Of a stretch of DNA of 64,000 nucleotides, positions 19,427 to 28,700 are shown piece by piece. The translations under genes were made by a program, and so were the position numbers. Under the pieces are notes generated by a model. That model ran no database searches. It had not been told where the DNA came from and worked only from the letters and a program-made list of their open reading frames with translations. How positions within the stretch are numbered: the stretch's first letter is position 1; every line of letters begins with the position of its first letter. Source of the DNA: a virus; the IMG/VR virus record IMGVR_UViG_3300020477_001012, positions 96,001 through 160,000 of that record. One strand, given 5' to 3'.

Positions 19427-20206
19427 ATGATTGATAACAGATCGCGGGTCGACGAAGACCTGTTTAAAGATGTTGAGCTACAAACACCGGAGAATACAGA
19501 GGTTGGGACTACTGACGTTATGGATGATGGCAGACCCAACATTGTGTCCCCCGAGTGGAATGATTTTGTCATGTCTCAATTTGAGGACAATGAACTCATA
19601 GAGGGCAGGCCAGTTGCCGCTGGTCTCAGACGTGTTGCGGAGATGATGCTTGGGGAAATTATTTCTAGTGGACCCTCGCAAGTGTTTCCCCCAAGTGATG
19701 ATAAGAGCATTGGTAGAGCCACGGTTGTGTGGCGAGTAGAGTTTTCTAATGGGACATCTTTTTCTGATGTGGCAGACTGCTGGGAAGGCAACACAGACGA
19801 CACATTCTGCGTCTATGCGGTCGCAACAGCAGCTACTAGGGCAGAAGGCAGGGCGTTGAGAAAGGCTCTTAGACTGCGAACTGTGGCCGCTGAGGAGATT
19901 ACCAAAAAGAATACGGCTAGTATTGCTCGCAGTATTAGCCAAGCCTCCGGCATGGAAACAACACAGGGCGAATACGAAGATCAGGGAAGAATGACTGATG
20001 CACAAGGCAACTTTATTGATGTCAAGTGCAGACAACTCAATATTAATGGCTCTCTATTTTTCAAAGAGGCATTTGACATCTCATCAAAGCGTAAAATTAC
20101 AAAGCAGCAAGCTAGTAACGCAATAGAGAGACTAAATGACTTTCAGAGAAACGAGAGTGGCGTACCAAAATCTATTTTAGGCTATAAAGAAGACTGGAGA
20201 GACTAA
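19427..20206 (+). CDS. Probable ssDNA-annealing/recombination protein (Rad52/Sak/ERF-like)
   Basis: ATAATRAEGRALRKAL core helix; C-terminal MTDAQ..FI...ITKQQASNAIERL helical-hairpin motif of the kind seen in phage SSAPs. Confidence 0.5.
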   Translation: MIDNRSRVDEDLFKDVELQTPENTEVGTTDVMDDGRPNIVSPEWNDFVMSQFEDNELIEGRPVAAGLRRVAEMMLGEIISSGPSQVFPPSDDKSIGRATVVWRVEFSNGTSFSDVADCWEGNTDDTFCVYAVATAATRAEGRALRKALRLRTVAAEEITKKNTASIARSISQASGMETTQGEYEDQGRMTDAQGNFIDVKCRQLNINGSLFFKEAFDISSKRKITKQQASNAIERLNDFQRNESGVPKSILGYKEDWRD

Positions 20207-20541
20207 TGAAAGTAACTTATACCACAAAGAACCATCGACTTACAGCAGAGATTGAGGGAGATTCTCCACGAGATGTCTTCGAGAGTATCGCAAGGTTTCA
20301 GGAGGTGTTTGAAGAGAATGTATGTGGCAAATGCGGTTCTGAAAACGTAAAGCTTGTGGTAAGGAATGTCGATGACAATTTCTACTACGAAGTGAGATGT
20401 TTGGGATGCGGGGCTAGACTATCATTTGGTTCTCACAAGAAGGGAGGTGGTCTGTTTCCAAAGAGGAAAGATGGCGAAGGAAACTGGTTGCCCGACCACG
20501 GTTGGGTCAAATGGAATCCTAAAACGGAGAAAAACGAGTAG
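20206..20541 (+). CDS. Zinc-ribbon hypothetical protein
   Basis: CGKC...CLGC pairs; TAATG overlap with the upstream gene. Confidence 0.7.
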   Translation: MKVTYTTKNHRLTAEIEGDSPRDVFESIARFQEVFEENVCGKCGSENVKLVVRNVDDNFYYEVRCLGCGARLSFGSHKKGGGLFPKRKDGEGNWLPDHGWVKWNPKTEKNE

Positions 20542-20561
20542 CTGTTGAGAGCACAGCTAAC

Positions 20562-20597
20562 AAAAAAGGGGGAGCATGAAGCTCCCCCTTTTCTTTT
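20562..20597. terminator. Bidirectional intrinsic terminator between the convergent gene blocks
   Basis: AAAAAAGGGGGAGC-ATGAA-GCTCCCCCTTTTCTTTT: perfect stem with an A-tract and a T-tract on either side. Confidence 0.9.
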
Positions 20598-20611
20598 GCT
20601 ACAATCAAAAA

Positions 20612-20818
20612 TCATTTAACGCAGTTTGGACATCCGCAATTTCCATCACAATCGCAAACATCTGCGTCAACGTGCTCGCATCCCTCTACACAGGTATCGC
20701 AGGCACAAGCCGTGTTAAGGTTTCCATCAATAATATTGTGAAACCATGTACACTTGGCGGCAAAAACAATCATAGCCACGCCAAGCAGGATTCCACAAAG
20801 TTTAATTCTTCTTGTCAT
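20612..20818 (-). CDS. Small Cys-rich protein with an N-terminal hydrophobic anchor (metallothionein-like)
   Basis: SD AAGGAG; basic then hydrophobic N-terminus; 9 Cys in the last ~31 aa (CACDTC...CDC..CGCPNC). Confidence 0.65.
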   Translation of the reverse strand: MTRRIKLCGILLGVAMIVFAAKCTWFHNIIDGNLNTACACDTCVEGCEHVDADVCDCDGNCGCPNCVK

Positions 20819-20828
20819 ATCTCACTCC

Positions 20829-21572
20829 TTACAGGTATTCTAAGGTAAAGTACAAACCATAATCAGTTTTGCTACCAATGCTATCTGGAGATGCGCTAAG
20901 CGCAATATACCAGTCGTGCCGCGTTGACTGGTGTGCGGAGCCTTCTTGGGTCAGCCAGTTCATGTAGCCATCGCCCGCCTCAGAGGGCAAAACCTCTGCT
21001 GCTGAGGTGTTCAGTCCGCTCATCCCCGGGGAAGCTGTGAAGGCTAAATCTGCCATTGCTTCTGGAGCATCATAAGATGTCCAGCCAAAATGATCAGAAC
21101 CCCGATAAGCCAGTGACCCGCTGCCTGTGTTATGCACCTCAGTAGGATGGGGATGTCTAACTTCCATCACCTGAGTGGTCACCCCGCTAGCATGCTTGGT
21201 GATATCGTTACGATCAAAGATGCGAAGCTTGCAATTTTGAACCCTCACAGCCTCAGAGTGTTCAAATCTGACATTTAAGGGGGCGTAATAATTAGGTACA
21301 CCAGAAGTTCCTGCGGTAGAGCCGCCGTTATGAGACATGCCACTCACGCTCACATACTTTGTATTGTTAATCTTTACGCCACTAGAAGTCCCATTAGAGT
21401 TCGTTACGTAAGATGAGTCTTGGTATTGAGAAACAGGCACAGATATACCAAATCCGCCCCCAAAAAACCCTATCCCAGACCCGGATGTATGGTTGATTAG
21501 CGATGGATCAGTATCATATGCCGTGCTATACTGGGCTTTATGCCCGTTTGCATGGAATGTAATTGTAGCCAT
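20829..21572 (-). CDS. Putative virion structural protein
   Basis: 247 aa, beta-rich and Ser/Gly-rich; strong SD AAGGAG; preceded by the GTGTATAAT motif. Confidence 0.6.
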   Translation of the reverse strand: MATITFHANGHKAQYSTAYDTDPSLINHTSGSGIGFFGGGFGISVPVSQYQDSSYVTNSNGTSSGVKINNTKYVSVSGMSHNGGSTAGTSGVPNYYAPLNVRFEHSEAVRVQNCKLRIFDRNDITKHASGVTTQVMEVRHPHPTEVHNTGSGSLAYRGSDHFGWTSYDAPEAMADLAFTASPGMSGLNTSAAEVLPSEAGDGYMNWLTQEGSAHQSTRHDWYIALSASPDSIGSKTDYGLYFTLEYL

Positions 21573-21601
21573 TTATTGGTCTCCTTAATAGAGTTCGTTA
21601 T

Positions 21602-21610
21602 ATTATACAC
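21602..21610 (-). promoter_or_regulatory. Candidate late promoter core GTGTATAAT
   Basis: Intergenic, about 30 nt upstream of ATG 21572, preceded by a T-run; the same motif precedes the tail tube gene. Confidence 0.55.
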
Positions 21611-21630
21611 GAAAATTAAGTTTTACTAGG

Positions 21631-24600
21631 TTAAACAGGGTCAATGGTAAGATCTATATATTGGTCACTATTGTTGGCGTAGCTACCCCAGTCGCCCCGA
21701 CTCCAAAAAGTGTGAGATATGTCGTTTTGGAAATGAAAAAATATGTCATATTTACCCTCATCAGAGGGGTTGTCTATCATGGCTTGAGTTACCTTATTTC
21801 CCTGTGTCAGCTCCTTGGGGTCTGAGTGTTCTTTTGGGTAATTAGGGGCTTGTATGGAAAGTTGGAAATTATCAATGGATGTTGCCATTTGGGGCTTAGC
21901 GTCCGTAGCGTCCATGGTTTTTACTCGCCCCTGAACCAGATATGCCTTAAACCCCTTACCGTGTACAGACACGGAGCTTACAGGCTCAATTTTGGCAGAT
22001 CCTTGGGTGAAGCTTTTGAGTTTATTCATATGAGCTTGGGTCATATTTCCCTGATTTGAGAGCTTAAAAAGTTTAGTATGATCAAAATACGTGCCTGAAC
22101 TTACAAGCTCAAATTGATTAATAAATCCTTTGTGATCACCCAAGTCTGTAACATAGCTCACCTTGAGTTCGCAATCGCTACCCGCAATTGTGAATCTGTC
22201 TCCCACCTTATAATTTTTACCCAAATCCTGAACCACCATGTTCACGACCCACGGAGTTTTCGTTTGCGCATCCGGCGTGCTTGGTTCATCAATGAACTTA
22301 TGGGTAGACAGGTGGGTCTGTGGCAAGCCTCCGCTGTGATAGACCCCGGCGCTTTGGGTCGCAAGAGATGCAACGTGATCAGTTAAGGTTATCTTGTCTC
22401 CTACATCCCAAGGAAATGCCACCCTCTTGTAAGCATATTTAAACGGAAGTAATTTCCCCCTTCTAATTTTGTTTATTTCCCACTTACCGGAAGGCAGGAG
22501 TGGATCATTAATGGCTGCGGCCGTGTCTTTGCACGCATCTCCGAATATCTGGTAGTCATTCAAAAGTTCAGTGGGAAGGTTAAGAACGGTAGTATCCTCT
22601 TGGTCTGCTTTTTTGACGCAGGTGGGGATTCTTATGTCCACCGTGCTATCTGCGATGGCAATGTTATGATCTGGTATACCGTCCCCATCTGTGTCTTGGC
22701 CCTCTCTCCTGACAGCCACATCAAAAATCGTCGCCCCATGATTGAAATGGTGGACCGCAAAGAATCTAGGATCATAAATTGTCTGCTCTCTGGGCCAAGC
22801 GTAATAAATTCTAGCGGACAAATTGGTGGTATGGAAGTCGTTATACGTTAATGAGGGACCACCCCAAGTAGATAACCACTTGGTCGTATCCCCAATCCTG
22901 TAGCCAAAGTCTGATTGCATTCCAAATATCTGATCAGTGGTGAAATTAATAAACTGAGAGGCCGAAACCGTGCAAATAGCGCCTATAACACCCACAGCGC
23001 CTGCTGGCTCTGAATCTGATGTGGTCGGCCCGAGCGGCCACTTGTTCTGGTGAGCTGACCAAGAATCGTGTGACGAGAAGTGCTCAGATGGATCATTTGA
23101 GGCAAATAAGGACTGTGGATAATCCACGTTAAAGCTAAGACCATAAGCTGGGCGATTATGAAAATCAGGAGCACCATTCATGTATAAATTGTTGAATCCT
23201 CCCGGGCCGAACTGCTTCTCTCTATCACGAGAAGTTTTGGAGACAAGAGTTCCTCCGGGTATGCTGAAAAGACCGTGTGAAGCTAGTTGCGACATTTTTC
23301 TTTCGCCATAATGATAAAAATCTCGACGCTCAAACTCTGCCAGAACGGCGGCTGTTTCCGACATAGGGGTAACACCAGCATATACTTCTGCCTTAAGGGG
23401 CCGGAACTGTATTTTATTGGCCGTTTTGGGCTGGAAATCATAAGCGCTGTCGTCCGCAGCTCCAACTCCAGTATAATCGCTGCCCAAAGTGGCGTCATGA
23501 CTAACTGTGTCTCCATCTGTATATTTCCGTTTATGTAACCAGTTATACGCACAATTTCCCAGAGGATCATCAGGGGAATAAAAGAAATGGTCCTTTAAGT
23601 GGGTTCTTAAAGCTGATCCGGTAAGTGTCGTATTATGTACCGCCTTGGTGATCTCATAAAGACTAGTTAATGGCCTACCGTAGCTGCCGCTGGGGGAAGC
23701 ATTCATAGCAATGTCGGCGGGCAGATGGGGGACATCATGGTTACCATTAAAAATATCCGCAAACATAGCTAGCCGTATGGTTTTGTCGGGATCATTGGGA
23801 TCTATTATTGACGGGCTTTCCGAATAAACATGCCTATCCGACTCCATACTAGTCCCGCCATCAAATGCTATTTCCGTAGAATCTATCCCTCCCGCGTTGA
23901 AATAAGCAGCATTCTGTCTTGGCGAAACCTCAAAAGATCGAGTGTCGGAATAATACTCTGCCCCATTTCTATCTACATCCTCATCCGCGCCCTTATAACC
24001 GTTCGGGAATACGCACCCAAAAAATGGCCCAGATGTTTCTGGTGGAGGATCACTAATCACAGTTCCAATGGGGTCTTGACCATACACGGTGGCCCCAAGA
24101 GACCTAGTCTCCCCTCTGGTTCCACCAACATATCTGTCCATAAAATCAAACGAGGTAAACTGATGATATCCATCCAGCTCAGTGTCAAAGGAACTGATAT
24201 TTCTAGTGTAGAGATGTGGGCTTTGGGCGGGATCGGCATTCCAATTGTCGGCATCACCATGGTAATACTGGACATGAAAGGATTTCTCGGCACGTTCAGG
24301 AGAAATCCTTGCGTTGTTCTTGTCTCGGAAAAAATACTGGAGACTTGTCGCAAAGTATGTAAAGTCCCATCGCCCCTCAAAAACCGAAACACCTACTGCA
24401 TCCTCTGTAACACCACTTCCAAACTCTAAGGGCATCCAAAGTCCGTTGATTTCATTAAGTATAACAGTTGTGTCTGTCTCCCAGATGCGCCCGGGATCAG
24501 GATTGTGTACAATAACCTTAAACTTTTCTTTGTTGTCCTTGCGGCAATCTTTAGGCAGAACGTAATTGGGCGTCCACTGCATGGGATTCCCATTCTGCAT

Positions 24601-25746
24601 GGTAATAGGTATTGCTGCCCCGCTCCCTAGAACCAAATGTTTTGGGTCTTCTGTGTCGTCTAAAACATCCTTGTTGTCTTGGTCCTCCATGTCTTTTGCT
24701 GTGGCGGCCCATGTCGCGGCGGGAATGGTCTGGGAAATTTTAGCTAACATCTGTTTACTTCCAGATTGCCATTTACCCGTCATGTGGTTCATGTGCATAT
24801 CCACATCTCCCACCACCTTGTTCTCGGGCTTATCTTCTACTTCCGAAATTTCTCCATCTTCCGAGTTTCCGTCCCGGCCAGCCACGTCTCTTGGCACCCC
24901 AGCGTGTTTCATGGCGCTCATAATGGCTGTTCTTCCGGTCTTTCTCTCCGACCTTTCATCGTAAAGGTACAATTGAATGTTAAAGGATTCCGTCTTGTGT
25001 GCCGGAACAAGGTTTCCAGCATCATCACTAAATAGTTGCCCCGGCGCTACATCAAAGGTTACTGCCACCGGGTATATTAAGCAACCAGATTTGCTGGTTT
25101 TAATATCTTCAATGAACCTATGCCGGGCTTGAGCTTCGTCATTCCACTTAGACACATCTGGCTCTTTCACTAAGTAGTCACGCACCCAGTCATTCATGGC
25201 AATAATATTAGTCACCTCGTATGTCCCACCGTCAGCGACTGGAAGTCCAAGAAGCCTTTTTGGTTCCAACAAATTAGAAAAAGTTCCATCGTTAATATCA
25301 TCACTTGCGGCTGGAATCCACTTAATGGCTTTGAAAAAATCTATGTCTAAGTCCGCGTAGTCGTAATTATTGCCATGCCACGGTTTATCTTCTGCCTCTG
25401 GTCTACCGTCAGCATAAGCCCAAGTTAGGTCAAATTTCTTTTCTTGATACTTACCCTTGTTGTTTCCCTCAAACCTCCACACTTCAGATGTCCCCTGTGA
25501 GGGCGGGTGTGGACCTGCGGCCCCCGCTATTGTCGGAGTCATGTTAAAAAACACACTGGGCGTTATGTGCGATTGGTCCTGTAAGACTAGAGACCTATTT
25601 ATAAACTTACCCCCTGCACCCCTATGGTACCACCAGTCGTACAGTGTTCCTGTTGTAAATGTAGAAAGACCTAGCTCTTTCATCCACTCACTGTCGGTCA
25701 CAAAGACGTGAAAATCCTCGGCCTCATTATTCTTAAATAAATCCAT
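21631..25746 (-). CDS. Large tail-tip/baseplate-region protein (1371 aa)
   Basis: Long ORF at the distal end of the tail module; contains DTDGDGIPD, a Ca-binding-like motif. Confidence 0.55.
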   Translation of the reverse strand: MDLFKNNEAEDFHVFVTDSEWMKELGLSTFTTGTLYDWWYHRGAGGKFINRSLVLQDQSHITPSVFFNMTPTIAGAAGPHPPSQGTSEVWRFEGNNKGKYQEKKFDLTWAYADGRPEAEDKPWHGNNYDYADLDIDFFKAIKWIPAASDDINDGTFSNLLEPKRLLGLPVADGGTYEVTNIIAMNDWVRDYLVKEPDVSKWNDEAQARHRFIEDIKTSKSGCLIYPVAVTFDVAPGQLFSDDAGNLVPAHKTESFNIQLYLYDERSERKTGRTAIMSAMKHAGVPRDVAGRDGNSEDGEISEVEDKPENKVVGDVDMHMNHMTGKWQSGSKQMLAKISQTIPAATWAATAKDMEDQDNKDVLDDTEDPKHLVLGSGAAIPITMQNGNPMQWTPNYVLPKDCRKDNKEKFKVIVHNPDPGRIWETDTTVILNEINGLWMPLEFGSGVTEDAVGVSVFEGRWDFTYFATSLQYFFRDKNNARISPERAEKSFHVQYYHGDADNWNADPAQSPHLYTRNISSFDTELDGYHQFTSFDFMDRYVGGTRGETRSLGATVYGQDPIGTVISDPPPETSGPFFGCVFPNGYKGADEDVDRNGAEYYSDTRSFEVSPRQNAAYFNAGGIDSTEIAFDGGTSMESDRHVYSESPSIIDPNDPDKTIRLAMFADIFNGNHDVPHLPADIAMNASPSGSYGRPLTSLYEITKAVHNTTLTGSALRTHLKDHFFYSPDDPLGNCAYNWLHKRKYTDGDTVSHDATLGSDYTGVGAADDSAYDFQPKTANKIQFRPLKAEVYAGVTPMSETAAVLAEFERRDFYHYGERKMSQLASHGLFSIPGGTLVSKTSRDREKQFGPGGFNNLYMNGAPDFHNRPAYGLSFNVDYPQSLFASNDPSEHFSSHDSWSAHQNKWPLGPTTSDSEPAGAVGVIGAICTVSASQFINFTTDQIFGMQSDFGYRIGDTTKWLSTWGGPSLTYNDFHTTNLSARIYYAWPREQTIYDPRFFAVHHFNHGATIFDVAVRREGQDTDGDGIPDHNIAIADSTVDIRIPTCVKKADQEDTTVLNLPTELLNDYQIFGDACKDTAAAINDPLLPSGKWEINKIRRGKLLPFKYAYKRVAFPWDVGDKITLTDHVASLATQSAGVYHSGGLPQTHLSTHKFIDEPSTPDAQTKTPWVVNMVVQDLGKNYKVGDRFTIAGSDCELKVSYVTDLGDHKGFINQFELVSSGTYFDHTKLFKLSNQGNMTQAHMNKLKSFTQGSAKIEPVSSVSVHGKGFKAYLVQGRVKTMDATDAKPQMATSIDNFQLSIQAPNYPKEHSDPKELTQGNKVTQAMIDNPSDEGKYDIFFHFQNDISHTFWSRGDWGSYANNSDQYIDLTIDPV

Positions 25747-25758
25747 CTTATTCCTTTC

Positions 25759-28700
25759 TTATTCCGGTCTTGGCTTTGGTGGTTTCGGGGCGGGCATATC
25801 AGGTTCATTGGGGTCATTAGAAACCCATTGAGCTAAAGAGTCATGGGCATCATTTAAGTTACCAATAATGTTAATAGCCATCTTACCACCATTTATAATC
25901 GCATCAAGCATTCCTGCGTCTGCCTCTGTGGAGGTGGCTTCCGTTTGATCCGGCCCCGATGTAGCTCCCCCTTGAATAGCTGTACTTACCACATCTTTGG
26001 TTCCATCAACAGGAACTCCATGGTTATATCTTTCTTTATATCCAACCAAATAATCCATACGAGCTGCCTCGCCCTTTTCTAAAGTGGTAAAATGCTCCTC
26101 TGTTGATTTTGTTCTCGCCACTAGTTCCGCTCCCCCCGCAGATAGAACACTACCAAACAAATTGACGTTGCTCGAAGATTTGCCCAACCCTCTTCTAATT
26201 GCAGAATTGTTTTGATCTATAATTTTTTGTCTTTCTCTGGATATTGTTGCTATGTTGCCCTCTTTTTGTTTTTGCAGCTTACCAAAGCTGGAAGTATATA
26301 GATCCATTTTTACGGCAGTGCTGATCTTATCAGTCCCAATGTCAACGCTAATCGAAGTGACCAGTGGGCCGCCCTTCTTTAATGCTTTTGCCAGACTTAT
26401 ACCTGTGGGAGCTTGAGGAAATGTAAAACCTCCACGCTCACTAAACAGAAGCAAGCTGTTAGAAAATTGGGCCTGCAATGATCCTGCCGCATTCATGAGC
26501 TGATACCCAGCAAAATTCCAAGGGGCAAGGTTTTCATCCTTAACAAATTCTATTTTGCCCCCAATATTCATCACCCCCGGAGATCCAGTGTTAGGATCTA
26601 ATGATGTTGCGGACAGCCAAGGTCCATAACATCTCTCCATTGACATTAATGGCATAGCCACCATGCTAGGGTATACCGGAGAAGGCGATATGAAAGATAG
26701 CTTACTAGCATCAAGGCTGGCCCCCTGCATCGCCTGCTTCTGCAATCTTCTTGCTGTTCCCAGATCCTCGAAATCAAACTTGACCACTTTATCCACATGT
26801 ATAGGTTTATCGCTATTTACAATCGGGGCCGGTTTGTCAAAGCCCGGGACACCCCTAACTACATCTCGCGTCATAAGGTTATACATACCAACCGCATTAA
26901 AAGAAGCTAATGGGCCATCTAGGTACCTCATGTCTACACCGGGTTTAATACGTCCCGGCAGTGTAATTAAGGCATACACATTGCTGGCGTCCAAATTATC
27001 CGTCCTTGAATTAACAATTTCGCCTTTCAGATTGTCATCATAGAATCTTACAAAGTCTTCATTTTGAACAGTTTTTTTCTTCCCCTCTGCTGGGGAAAAG
27101 CTAGGTTGTAATTTTTCAGTAACCTTTTTAGCCACCTTGCACCCATCCGAATCTTTGGTGAATTCTACTCTAACCTTGGGTTTTGATATTTTTACCTTAA
27201 AATCCCTTGCCCACACTTTTGTGGGAACCTCTGCTGTGCGAGGGGGCATATATAATTCTTCACTGACATCACATTTGACATAAGCAACAGACGGTCCCTG
27301 ACGTTTCAAAAGCTTATCATCTGCAATTTTGGCCTGCACCTGCTGCATGCTCATTTTCCTATCTGGATGAAGATTGTCTAACTCCTCCATCACATCAGGA
27401 ATAAAACCTTTCGCTGTAATACTTTGCTGAGCAATAGACTTAGAATCAACAGTGCTAAAATCGAGGTGTTCACTGTGGTCATACCTAGCATAGCAAGACA
27501 CCCTACCCCCATCGCCCAGCAGATTAGTTAAATCCATAGGGGCTAATGATTGCTGTGAGGCTGGAGGGAGGTTAGCAAACGGAACATTGCTTGCTTCTGC
27601 AAGCGACAAGTTTCTGTTATAGAGAGCAAAATTAAAGAACCCTCCTTGTGGCTCAGGCTTGTAATTAAATTCCCACTTTTCAGAGATAGGATTGAAGCTG
27701 CCCTTTAAAGCACCGTAGGTATACTTAGCCACATGAGTGTTGTCTAAATAATGCTCATATGTATCTTTAAACAGCACATTGCTTTGTAATATCGACATTT
27801 CTGTTGTAAATGAAAAGCTACTCGCAAAGTTCAGGGTGTTGTTCACTGGCTGGGGTCTAAAGCCAAACGGACCATTCTCTATGCTCCCAACCTCCTCTGG
27901 GCTGTACAGAGTTATATCAGAGGAATAATTTACATTGCAAGAGTTGGGAATCTTCACCAAGAATTTTTTGCCCAAATTCTCCTCAGCAACCTTCTTTACA
28001 AAGTTGTAAACTTTTTTTGCGTTTTTCAGGTGCTCTTTGGCCATACGGGACATATTTTTCACTAGACCCATGTTGGCATTAAGGGTGCTTTTTATTTCTT
28101 GTAGTTCAACCTTATCACTGGCCTGAATTGATGCCAACATCTGATCAAGTGTCTCTGAATATTTCTTGGCTTCCGCTATAGCGGTTGCGACTTCGGCTAA
28201 CTGGGCTGCAAGCTTGATTCGATCTGGCCAACCCATATCACCAAGAAGCAACCGATGCGTTCTCGCAAACGCTTTCTCCAATCTTGTTATTTCCTCCATC
28301 GCGTCGTCTTTTAAAATTTTGAACTCAGGAGCGTTGTTGTCTAGTTTCTTTTTAAGTCGCTCAACATTACTCATGCATGACGTGACTGCGCTTTGAATAG
28401 ACGCGATGCCGCCCTCGGGAATACCTATTTTCTCAGCGCGCTTGTAGTATAATGGATAACCATAAGGAGGCGCACACGGGCTGGCAGGAAGGCCATCTGG
28501 CCCCATGTAATTTTTATCAGAATTAAATAAACATCTTGGTACAGACACGCCGAAATCTCTACCCGTGAACATGGATTTTAGGGCATCTTTTGCGTCTGCG
28601 TCACCAGATAGTGCATCAATCTTGTTCTCTGCATCCGCCGTGAGTCCACCGCCCGCAGCGATCAATGTGGTCTCCCAAGTCTGGTTCTCTGACAATTCCT

